Origin: a virus
Lineage: Duplodnaviria; Caudoviricetes
IMG/VR virus record: IMGVR_UViG_3300012943_000004
Coordinates: 13,829-77,828 of that record
DNA: 64,000 nucleotides
Strand: one strand, 5' to 3'
Below the pieces are notes generated by a model. It was not told the origin of the DNA and made no database searches. It saw nothing but the letters and a program-made list of their open reading frames with translations. Made by a program: the position numbers and the translations under genes. Below, piece by piece: positions 36,558 to 44,439 of this stretch. Numbering within the stretch: position 1 is the stretch's first letter; every line of letters starts with the position of its first letter.

Positions 36558-36970
36558 AGGTCCGTCTGACTCCGTTCACCAAGACGAGCTGTTCGGTTCC
36601 GATCTGCTCGTCCGTCGCATTGTGGAGGTTGACTTCTGGCGCGACTGACGTCGCGCGCCTCGATGCCTGTCTCTGCAGTCGACACGCCGACGAGATCTAT
36701 CACTGGAACAAAAAACAAGTCGAGCGAGCCAGGATCCAGCTCGAGCGAGACAGGCTGCTAGCAAACAGCACGCACCAGGTGCTCTGGAACGGCAAACTGA
36801 TCACGAACCTGTACATGTCCGAGGATGCAGCTGTCGGCTACGCTCAGGGTTTCATGCAGGCGCTCTTCGAGACCCTCGATCCCGACGCGAGTGGCTATCC
36901 GAACATCGAGCTGATCGACATCAAAGACGAGGCGTCGATCGCCTACATGGATGTCGAGCTCATGCCATGA
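36554..36970 (+). CDS. Hypothetical protein (N-terminal Cys motif)
   Basis: 138 aa; ATGA coupling. Confidence 0.75.
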   Translation: MKVRLTPFTKTSCSVPICSSVALWRLTSGATDVARLDACLCSRHADEIYHWNKKQVERARIQLERDRLLANSTHQVLWNGKLITNLYMSEDAAVGYAQGFMQALFETLDPDASGYPNIELIDIKDEASIAYMDVELMP

Positions 36971-37206
36971 TCAGCTCTCGGGAAGTCATGGTCGGCGTGC
37001 CGACTGTCGCCGTGCCGGAAGGTGGAACCTATTCCGACACAGACGGCACGAAGCTCGCCACCTGCGAACAATGCGGAGTTGAGATCAAACTCTGCCACTT
37101 CGAATGGCGGCATCAGCTGACCGGAGTCCGGCGCTGTTCAGAGCGAAACAAGATCCACCGTCGCGCGGTGATGATCGTTCAAGAATCCAACCTGACCGCG
37201 ATCTGA
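36967..37206 (+). CDS. Hypothetical zinc-ribbon protein
   Basis: CEQCG...WRH...RC. Confidence 0.75.
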   Translation: MISSREVMVGVPTVAVPEGGTYSDTDGTKLATCEQCGVEIKLCHFEWRHQLTGVRRCSERNKIHRRAVMIVQESNLTAI

Positions 37207-37217
37207 TCAAGACTCAC

Positions 37218-37298
37218 CATAGTCTGGCAGGTTTGAAAAAAACCTGCCAGTCTACGGGTATCTTGCCCGGAATCAACAAGAGCTGGGAGGCTCAAAAG
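37218..37298 (+). promoter_or_regulatory. Repeated hairpin leader, copy 3
   Basis: CTGGCAGGTT/AACCTGCCAG perfect stem with TGAAAAA loop, then AACAAGAGCTGGGAGGCTC. Confidence 0.75.
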
Positions 37299-37814
37299 AT
37301 GAAGAGGATTGTTCGTCTCAACGATAGGTACCTCTGCGAGAGTACCTCCGAGACCTGCACCAGTCGACCTGACCATGTGGCGAGTTACCTTCTGCTCGCG
37401 CCTCGCGCGCACTACGTCTGCAAGGACGGCTTCGTGGAGTTCTTCCTGTCCGTCAACCAGACCATCGCTATGCAGATCGGCTCGTTCCGCGACTACAGCA
37501 ACGATCGAGGCGAGTACGTCAGGCCTCGTGAGTCCAACGTCAGGCCCGACGCCGACGCGCAGAAGTGTTCCTGCGGGACTGAGATCGTCGTCTGGCAGAA
37601 GTCGGAGGACGATCACTACGTCTGGGCCGTGCATCAAGGCGGAACCCGCAGCAACGTCGGGTTCTGTCCAGAGGTCAACGGCCTGCGCGCCGCCAAGAAG
37701 ATGGCCGGAGCGTACCTGACTACGTTCGTCTGTCAGTGGCAAGGCAGAAACTACAGCACCATCACAGGCAAGCTGGTGTCGCTCGTGGACGGCGCCTGGC
37801 GGGAGGTAGCATGA
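37299..37814 (+). CDS. Hypothetical Cys-rich protein
   Basis: Start MKRIVRL after a GGAGG RBS. Confidence 0.75.
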   Translation: MKRIVRLNDRYLCESTSETCTSRPDHVASYLLLAPRAHYVCKDGFVEFFLSVNQTIAMQIGSFRDYSNDRGEYVRPRESNVRPDADAQKCSCGTEIVVWQKSEDDHYVWAVHQGGTRSNVGFCPEVNGLRAAKKMAGAYLTTFVCQWQGRNYSTITGKLVSLVDGAWREVA

Positions 37815-38497
37815 CCGTTCAGACCGTATCGACTCGAGCCAGGACTTGGCTGGTCGAGCACTCGGGAAGTTCCCTGTTCGCGGGAATGACGACAGCTGAG
37901 CTGATTCCCTGGATGGACACTCTCTATCCGACTGGATGGGCTGGCTTCAGTGAGATCTGGGGTCCGACGATCAAGAAGGAAGTCGACCTGACTCCAACAC
38001 AGCCACAGCTCAAGTCGGAACTGAAGAGAAAACTCGGTGCGCGACTCGGGTCGTTGCCGCACTACTCGGAGATCCTTCAGTTGGAAATCCAGGAGAATTC
38101 AGTCAAACTCCAGGTCGCGCACTACTCGGTGACTGAGCTCCTGACTCGAACGAAGTACAAGTCTCGGACTATCGAGCTGTTGAGCTTCGTCAGAAAGAAC
38201 CAGGGATCTAACTGGCACTGTGAGTTCTCGGAGGAGGTTCTTGACAGGAACTTCGTGTCGTACGATACAGTCAACAACAGAGATTCGGTCATGACCGAAG
38301 AGCGTCTTGCCGACAAAAATTGGCAAGAGGACAACTGCTACCGTCCTGGCACGAGTCAATCTCCCCAGGACGGGCCGCTCAGAAGACTCGATGCGTGCCG
38401 CGAAGACTTCCCGCTGGACTTCAACAAGCCTGGGGGAGACCCGTTCTCGTCCAGCCACCGCAGGCGGCACCTCAATCAGCGATTCCCAACCCGGTAA
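37811..38497 (+). CDS. Hypothetical protein
   Basis: ATGA-coupled start MTVQTVST; GGAGG RBS. Confidence 0.75.
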   Translation: MTVQTVSTRARTWLVEHSGSSLFAGMTTAELIPWMDTLYPTGWAGFSEIWGPTIKKEVDLTPTQPQLKSELKRKLGARLGSLPHYSEILQLEIQENSVKLQVAHYSVTELLTRTKYKSRTIELLSFVRKNQGSNWHCEFSEEVLDRNFVSYDTVNNRDSVMTEERLADKNWQEDNCYRPGTSQSPQDGPLRRLDACREDFPLDFNKPGGDPFSSSHRRRHLNQRFPTR

Positions 38498-38509
38498 GGA
38501 GCTAGTCAG

Positions 38510-38743
38510 ATGATTCGTTCAGAATACTCGACGTACACCAACGGAGAACGTATCCATCATGGAGATTCTCTCGAGGAGGCAGTTCGCATCTGGAACGACC
38601 AGACTCACGGTATGCCTGCGCCAGCAGGTGGAGTCAAGGTCGAGAGCTTCAACACTGAGCCTGGTGTCCTGGTGCGCGTTGACTGGATTCTTTACGTCCG
38701 AAAGAACGGCTCGGTCTACCTGAACCCCGGAATCAAGTCCTAA
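38510..38743 (+). CDS. Hypothetical protein
   Basis: 77 aa; AAGGAG RBS. Confidence 0.75.
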   Translation: MIRSEYSTYTNGERIHHGDSLEEAVRIWNDQTHGMPAPAGGVKVESFNTEPGVLVRVDWILYVRKNGSVYLNPGIKS

Positions 38744-38756
38744 GGAGGCAAGTCTC

Positions 38757-38912
38757 ATGCCAGAACGGTGTCCAGTCTGTGGCGAGTACTCTGACTACTG
38801 TCAGGGTCATGGCGAGATCGATGATCCGATCGGTCACGCAGTCATGCTCAAGCACGATCAGGGAGATCACTCTGAGTGTGCATTCCCGAAAGAAATCTGC
38901 GAGGAAGGTTAA
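38757..38912 (+). CDS. Small Cys/His-rich protein (51 aa)
   Basis: MPERCPVCGEYSDYCQGHG...; AGGAGG RBS; below the ORF-track cutoff. Confidence 0.7.
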   Translation: MPERCPVCGEYSDYCQGHGEIDDPIGHAVMLKHDQGDHSECAFPKEICEEG

Positions 38913-38915
38913 GTC

Positions 38916-39281
38916 ATGGCAATATTCAGGCTAGTAATCGAGGTCAAGGCAGACAATTCGGATCAGGCTATGAGTCGAGTTAAGCGCGAATGCGTGAAGA
39001 TCATCAGTACGGTCGAAGTCAGGCCACCGCTCACTCTCGTTAGATTCTTCAACGATGTTCACAAGGATCTTTCTGAGCCTTCTGTATGGCGACTCGGACA
39101 GCGTTACTTCAACACGCTGTATAGGCTGCGTCCTGACTTCGCCAACAAGATCCGTAGCACCGAGGCCGATTGTTTCTTTGACGACCGAAAGATCGGCGCG
39201 TTTATCACCAAGCTTCAGCTCCTGATCGCTGCGGAGAGGGACGAAAGTGCGACGTTGGCGCAAAGGCCACCTTCGGACTGA
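38916..39281 (+). CDS. Hypothetical protein
   Basis: 121 aa; LGQRYFNTL...RP...I..T..DCFF motif seen in many phage ORFs. Confidence 0.75.
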   Translation: MAIFRLVIEVKADNSDQAMSRVKRECVKIISTVEVRPPLTLVRFFNDVHKDLSEPSVWRLGQRYFNTLYRLRPDFANKIRSTEADCFFDDRKIGAFITKLQLLIAAERDESATLAQRPPSD

Positions 39282-39298
39282 ACGTAGCCGCAAGAGCA

Positions 39299-39371
39299 GT
39301 CCGCGTAGCCCAACGGCAGAGGCGGCTCCCTTAAAAGGAGTTCAGTGCGAGTTCGAATCTCGTCGCGGACA
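39299..39371 (+). tRNA. trnL: tRNA-Leu (anticodon UAA) with a 5-nt variable loop; CCA not encoded
   Basis: Acceptor GTCCGCG/CGCGGAC, D-arm GCC/GGC, anticodon arm GCTCC-CTTAAAA-GGAGT, T-arm GCGAG-TTCGAAT-CTCGT, discriminator A. Confidence 0.88.
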
Positions 39372-39421
39372 CGTAGGAAAAGTCGATCCTACCCTTAAGT
39401 CTCCCGAAAGGAGATAATTCC

Positions 39422-40057
39422 ATGTCCAACTTTCTTGCTGAAGAAGGCTACAAGCTGAGTGACCTGGCTGTGCCCTCCAAGAAGCTTCTCTCCGCAGTCT
39501 TTGTGGAGCAGATCCATACCTGCTCGACAGAGCCCGCTCTTCATGTCGGGAGCTACGGAAACTCTGTGAATCTGCCTCTTCCGGCACTGGAAAGGGAGCG
39601 CATCGCAAAGTGGGTCGAGCTTCTTCGGACGCCAGGCCTCAAGCAGACTCGCTGGAACCTGACCGACATCGGTCCCCACTTAGGCAAGACGCTGAACTCT
39701 GCACTCAGGGAGGCCACGGTCGAGAACACGAAGAACTGTTGCCTTGGGGTTGCCTGCTTCGCAGCTAAGGGCGACCTCAGGCTCAAGCTGATGACCTTCG
39801 ACAGCAAGCCGAGCTTCGTCCATCTCGACAGGCACTTCGTGGAAGTAAGTCGCTCGGCAGCCATCCTTCCGTCCAGCGTAGCTCAGTACTATGGGTTCGG
39901 CTTCAATGCCGCGCCGCCAGTCTTCGTCACGAAAGATCTGAAGTACTTCGCCAACCTCACGACGCTCAACGACTCCGTGAGGCTCTCCTTCCGCCAGATC
40001 GCCACTCTGGTCGAGTTCACGTACCTGAAGGACCACAGCGAGGCTTGGGCGGCATGA
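39422..40057 (+). CDS. Hypothetical protein
   Basis: 211 aa; RBS; NCCLGVAC motif. Confidence 0.8.
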   Translation: MSNFLAEEGYKLSDLAVPSKKLLSAVFVEQIHTCSTEPALHVGSYGNSVNLPLPALERERIAKWVELLRTPGLKQTRWNLTDIGPHLGKTLNSALREATVENTKNCCLGVACFAAKGDLRLKLMTFDSKPSFVHLDRHFVEVSRSAAILPSSVAQYYGFGFNAAPPVFVTKDLKYFANLTTLNDSVRLSFRQIATLVEFTYLKDHSEAWAA

Positions 40058-40179
40058 CAGGCTTTCTGTGGGGCCTGTTGATCGGCGTTCTGTGCTTCTT
40101 CTGCCTCATGGTCGCACACGAGAACTCAAAGCTCGGCCAGGTCGAGTACTACAACCCTTCAGTCGAGCAAGTCAAATAA
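40054..40179 (+). CDS. Small membrane protein (41 aa)
   Basis: MTGFLWGLLIGVLCFFCLMV...; ATGA overlap. Confidence 0.6.
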   Translation: MTGFLWGLLIGVLCFFCLMVAHENSKLGQVEYYNPSVEQVK

Positions 40180-40319
40180 ATCGGGGCCAAAAAGAATTCT
40201 GCGGTTTTCAAAAGAATTCTTGGAAATATACCATATAACCTCGCAAGGTCATGGTATAATCGAAGTATCGCGGGCGAGGTTTGCCCTTTTTCAGAAGTCC
40301 CAGACAGACTGGAGAAACT

Positions 40320-40499
40320 ATGTCAGCATTCTCAGGCAAGCATATGAAGGGCGCAAAGGCCCTCCATAAGGCTCAGAAGCGTGTCGCTGCGAAGGCTCGC
40401 GACGAGGCGCTTCCACAAGACTCGCCCCGAAGGAAGCGTAATCACGCTCTTGCGACGCCAGAGAGCGCGACACCTTCCCACAAGATCAACTCCATCTAG
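40320..40499 (+). CDS. Small basic protein (59 aa)
   Basis: GGAGA RBS; K/R-rich; a TATAAT box lies at 40255-40260 upstream. Confidence 0.6.
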   Translation: MSAFSGKHMKGAKALHKAQKRVAAKARDEALPQDSPRRKRNHALATPESATPSHKINSI

Positions 40500-40508
40500 A
40501 AGCCGCCA

Positions 40509-40720
40509 GCATGGCAGGCAGTGTTATATTGCCTCCTAGCTCCACTGTCTGCCGTGCCGGATTCTTCAAGATGTTGAATCCCAAGTCGTGATATCGGGAC
40601 CGATAAGTGATACCTAATCACCTCGGTTTTTATGCTTGCTCTACGCCAAGTGTGGGAGTAGAGTTGGCGATAGCACGACAACAGCACAACCCATCCAGGG
40701 GTGAATCGTCCGATTCACCC
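40509..40720 (+). ncRNA. Structured intergenic RNA or long 5' leader (unassigned)
   Basis: 15-bp stem with G-U pairs, a three-way junction closed by GTCGTG/CACGAC, and a 9-10 bp terminal hairpin. Confidence 0.5.
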
Positions 40721-40752
40721 GAAGCGGCTCAATCCCTCTCAAGGAGTACCAA

Positions 40753-41703
40753 ATGTCTCGCCGCAACCCGCAGAACCCCGACCAGTCCGCCGAGTCCACC
40801 GAGACCGACGCGCAGGTCGACCAGTCCGCCTCGACCGAGGACTCCACGCAGGAGTCGACGACCGAGACCCCAACCGAAGAGACGAAGGCCGCTGCGCCCG
40901 ACACCTCTTCCTTCAAGTCGGCGCTCGACGCTGCGGTCGCCACCGCAGACCCGGCTGACGGTTCCGTCAGCGACGAGAACCTGAAGCCGGTTCTCGAGGC
41001 CTTCGGAAAGCTCGACGGCCAGAAGGCACGCAACGCCGCCAAGCGACTGATCGAGGACGGCGTGACCGCCGAGGTCAGTAACGGGAACCTCATCGGAGCT
41101 CGTTCGTACATCGCAGTCCGCAACGCCGTCTCGTCCGCAACCGTCACCTCCGCGCCGAAGCCGCCCGCTGACCCGACTGCTGCCTACGTGCAGCGTCAGA
41201 CCGCGGTTCGTCTCGCCGTCGCCGTCCTGGGTCTCAAGGTGCCCGAGGGTGTCTCCGACGAGTGGGCCGACAAGGTGAAGGCCGCTGTCGAGACCGACAA
41301 GCCCCAGCTGGAGGCGTACGCCGCCTGGCTCGCCACTGGCGAGTCGGAGGGCGAGCCCGAGGTCAGCCGTTCGGTCAAGGCTGCCTTCAAGATCGCCTCC
41401 GGAAAGGGCATGGGCGGTGGAGGCGGCAAGAAGTCCGGCGACGTCTACAGCGGCCCGCGCCGAGACGTCGGAACTCACATCGGTCAGGTCTTCGCCAAGC
41501 TCGAGGTCGGTTCGTTCCTGACCGTGAACGAGATCGCCAAGGCTGCGTCCGAGGAGTACGGCAACGAGCGGCCCTCGTCCGGCGCGATCAGCGCTCGCCT
41601 CTTCCCGAAGCCCGGAAAGAACGGCGACCGCAAGCCCAACCTGCCCAGCGGCATCGAGTCGGACGCCACTGGTGCATCGCGAGGCGCCCGCAAGGTCGCC
41701 TAA
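40753..41703 (+). CDS. Putative DNA-binding protein (PSSGAISA HTH-like family, copy B)
   Basis: AAGGAG RBS; LTVNEIAK...RPSSGAISARL C-terminal HTH-like segment; strongly GC3-biased codons. Confidence 0.72.
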   Translation: MSRRNPQNPDQSAESTETDAQVDQSASTEDSTQESTTETPTEETKAAAPDTSSFKSALDAAVATADPADGSVSDENLKPVLEAFGKLDGQKARNAAKRLIEDGVTAEVSNGNLIGARSYIAVRNAVSSATVTSAPKPPADPTAAYVQRQTAVRLAVAVLGLKVPEGVSDEWADKVKAAVETDKPQLEAYAAWLATGESEGEPEVSRSVKAAFKIASGKGMGGGGGKKSGDVYSGPRRDVGTHIGQVFAKLEVGSFLTVNEIAKAASEEYGNERPSSGAISARLFPKPGKNGDRKPNLPSGIESDATGASRGARKVA

Positions 41704-41717
41704 CCGAAAACGTCAAG

Positions 41718-41760
41718 AGGCGGTCTGTTGAAGCTGGGGAAGCTAAACAGACCGCCTTTT
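41718..41760 (+). terminator. Intrinsic terminator
   Basis: AGGCGGTCTGTT/AACAGACCGCCT stem plus TTT. Confidence 0.8.
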
Positions 41761-41779
41761 GGCACTTCGGTCCAAAATC

Positions 41780-41977
41780 GTACTGCGCGCCAGGCTTTTG
41801 CTCGACTGTCCAATCGCTCTCGGTCAAGCAAACACCCGAGCCTGGCGCGCAGTACCCTCCAGACCTGACTGATCTAGTCAGACTGGTTCATATGGCTGTA
41901 TCTGATGAAGTCCTTCAGCTGGATACTAATCAGGTGCAGCTTTCTGAACCAGGAATTAAAGATTCTGGTTCAGAAAG
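41780..41977. ncRNA. Array of four adjacent strong hairpins (unassigned structured element)
   Basis: 17-bp perfect IR (41780-41796/41839-41855), hairpin 41859-41886, 12-bp stem with G-U (41895-41940), 13-bp perfect IR (41940-41977). Confidence 0.45.
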
Positions 41978-42130
41978 AAAAGAGCTGGGTCGACTATCCG
42001 GTAACGAGACAGAAAAAAATAATCAAGACGGGTTAACAAGGTTTAGATGGAACTCATAATTCCCTGATCCTGTCTGTCTGACCTAGCTCCCATTACTCGA
42101 TTCAATCCTCCGAAAGGAGAGTAAAGCATC

Positions 42131-42967
42131 ATGGCTATCAAGTGCGGTAACTGTACGCAGTATCACGACACCATTCAAGATGTCCGAAAGTGCTGCGTTG
42201 GCGCAAAGTCTGTTTTGTCTACCGACCAGACAGTCGTCCTCGTACGCCCGGAGCCTCCTGTCGCTCCGTACGTGCCTGAGTTCCAGATCTATCCAGGCCG
42301 ACACAAGAGGTACACCTTCAACCGACCCCAAGGGCCTCCGAGTCAGCGTCAGTTGTCCTGGTACGAGGATCTCGGCGGCGACCCCGAGTGGGCGGCGACA
42401 GAGTTGTCCTGCCAGGAGCTGGCCGACCGGATCACTGACCGATTGAACCGCAGGGACGCTGGCGTGGACATGGCTGGCGATGCCGTCGTGACCACCACAA
42501 GCGCGCCTGTAGTGTTCGGTGACCGAACGCGCAACACGACTAAAGTGCCCCTGGTGATGCTCCGGGAGATCCCTGATGGGTACTACGCAGCACAGATGGA
42601 TACGACGCAGCCTTGGCAGTTTCTGCGCGTAAGTCGGCCAAAGAAGAATAAACTGGCGGGCTGCATCAAGATCCAGTCGCAGCACAGCGATGTTCTCAAG
42701 AACATCATGCTGGTCTACCCTGACGACTCGCTCGCGGTGTTCGACAGGTCGTACGAAGATGCGATCCTTCTGTCGGCACTCGACCCGGTGACTGCGCATA
42801 TCGCCTATGGTCGAAAGATGGGCTACTGCTGCTGCTGCGGCAAGCAGCTCACTGACCCGCGCTCTCGCTACTATGGTATCGGACCAGACTGCGAGAAGCG
42901 CAACGAACTCATCATCATTCGCACCAACGAGACAGACGGGCCTTACGTCCCTGGTGACGATGAGTAA
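42131..42967 (+). CDS. DUF6011-like zinc-binding domain protein
   Basis: C-terminal GYCCCCGKQLTDPRSRYYGIGPDC; N-terminal CGNC...C. Confidence 0.75.
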   Translation: MAIKCGNCTQYHDTIQDVRKCCVGAKSVLSTDQTVVLVRPEPPVAPYVPEFQIYPGRHKRYTFNRPQGPPSQRQLSWYEDLGGDPEWAATELSCQELADRITDRLNRRDAGVDMAGDAVVTTTSAPVVFGDRTRNTTKVPLVMLREIPDGYYAAQMDTTQPWQFLRVSRPKKNKLAGCIKIQSQHSDVLKNIMLVYPDDSLAVFDRSYEDAILLSALDPVTAHIAYGRKMGYCCCCGKQLTDPRSRYYGIGPDCEKRNELIIIRTNETDGPYVPGDDE

Positions 42968-43433
42968 GAGGCAGATGTCGAAGGCTACCTTCGTTACGTT
43001 GGCCTCTTTCGTTGTCGCCGGAGGCGGCTTCGTTCTCGGAGTGACCGCTGCAACCTTGAGTGTTACCCCAGAGGTCGATGTCGTCAAGAGTCCAACGACA
43101 GTCGTCGTGACAAAAGAAGTCCCGGTCGCTACGACAAAGACTGTGACCAATCACGATGTTCCACAGTCATGCTTGAACTTGATTGCCGAGTCCGAGCAGG
43201 CCGTTAGGTCGGCACAAAGTCTTGGAGAATCGGGAGACGCTCAAATCCTGATCCTCGAGGAAGTTCGAGTTGCAATCGGGTCTGGCAAGATCAACTCGGT
43301 TGAGTTCAACACCGAACTTCAGGATAAACAGAACGCCCTTAATAACAAGACACTTCACTCTGTGCAAAACCTGTCTGAGTTTCAGGCATCGTTCGACGAG
43401 CTTAAAGCTTTGTGCGAACAAGATCTGGACTAG
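42960..43433 (+). CDS. Membrane-anchored or secreted hypothetical protein
   Basis: Start MSKRQ overlapping the upstream stop; hydrophobic N-terminus. Confidence 0.7.
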   Translation: MSKRQMSKATFVTLASFVVAGGGFVLGVTAATLSVTPEVDVVKSPTTVVVTKEVPVATTKTVTNHDVPQSCLNLIAESEQAVRSAQSLGESGDAQILILEEVRVAIGSGKINSVEFNTELQDKQNALNNKTLHSVQNLSEFQASFDELKALCEQDLD

Positions 43434-43436
43434 ACA

Positions 43437-43815
43437 GCCTCAAAGAAATGAGGTAGTATTGAGCATGACCAATAACTCCAGAGCGCCGCCGAATGGTGAG
43501 CCTTAAAGGTACTAATTGTGTAGTATATTATTGGGTTAGGTAAGGCCGCAATCTCGTGAGCGCCTCTGCAACAAGCGCGAAAGGTCCTCGGGTTAGTACC
43601 GTGGGATAGAGTCTTCTGCGAAATAGGAAGACAAGATGCAATTACATAAAGGACTTCCGGTGAAGCCTGATTGAGGCTTACGTGGAGGAAGCGCCTGTTG
43701 TTCGCCTTTCTGTCAAATTGAAACGAGAATTGTGGATCGAGCTCCTATAAGTCGTGGTGAATATAGATCCTGCGCACTGGAGCTCGGTTCAGAAATCTCG
43801 TAGCAAACTCGATTA
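43437..43815 (+). ncRNA. Candidate large (~380 nt) structured ncRNA with a pseudoknot
   Basis: ORF-free gap; many complementary pairs including long-range stems and an H-type pseudoknot at 43734-43796. Confidence 0.6.
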
Positions 43816-43837
43816 ACAAACTCTCAAAGGAGAAGTA

Positions 43838-44428
43838 ATGAAGATCACCGACGCTTGGGTCTATGACCCTCTGGATGAAGGAAAGGTTGCGCGTCCTCTT
43901 CTGGAGCTTGAACTCGATTCAATTCCAGAAGAGAAGGAATCGATCAAGATCGAGAATCATGGAACCTGGAAATACACCAGGTTTGGCTTTCTCGTGAAGA
44001 TCGACCGCATGCCTGAAGCCTCAAACCCCGAGTATGCAATTGGAGCTTGGAATCGATTCAGGCATTCTTCTGCAAACATTTTCCCGATGGTTCTAGCCAG
44101 AGCGTACTATGACCATGACTTCGAGATGTTGCTCGGAATGTCGCTAGGCAGAGCTCGGGGCGTCCTTCGGAAGAGCGACCCGGAGTGGAAGTATTCACTT
44201 TCGGACAAGGACGCTCAGCACGGCAGAATCTATTGGGATCTCATCCAACGAGAGCCGATCTGCAAGTTCTGGATCAAGAACATCGGTGACGACGGCGACA
44301 TCTGCGCCGTTCCGTCTGCTGGCCGAATCACAGAGGATCTGACCGAGATCACTCTCTGCAAGAAGCACCTCGAAAAGCACAATTCAGATCAGGCGAAGCG
44401 GCGAATCGCTTCGGAATCCTCCAAGTAA
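43838..44428 (+). CDS. Hypothetical protein with a C-terminal Cys/His motif
   Basis: 196 aa; AAGGAG RBS. Confidence 0.8.
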   Translation: MKITDAWVYDPLDEGKVARPLLELELDSIPEEKESIKIENHGTWKYTRFGFLVKIDRMPEASNPEYAIGAWNRFRHSSANIFPMVLARAYYDHDFEMLLGMSLGRARGVLRKSDPEWKYSLSDKDAQHGRIYWDLIQREPICKFWIKNIGDDGDICAVPSAGRITEDLTEITLCKKHLEKHNSDQAKRRIASESSK

Positions 44429-44439
44429 GGAGAGTAACA

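Noticed and set aside
40641-41478. Long antisense ORFs (40641-41147, 40729-41478) and the overlapping 41262-42059 ORF
   Set aside because: Shadow frames of the GC3-rich 40753-41703 gene, with no RBS and low-information sequence
41895-41945. Hammerhead ribozyme (CTGATGA core word)
   Set aside because: CTGAT is paired within a long stem, and no GAAA/stem III/NUH arrangement could be built
43437-43825. tmRNA, RNase P RNA, or group I/II intron
   Set aside because: No tRNA-like GGGG..CCA ends or tag ORF, no GAGGAAAGUCC P4 strand, no convincing P7 or domain V, and no interrupted host gene
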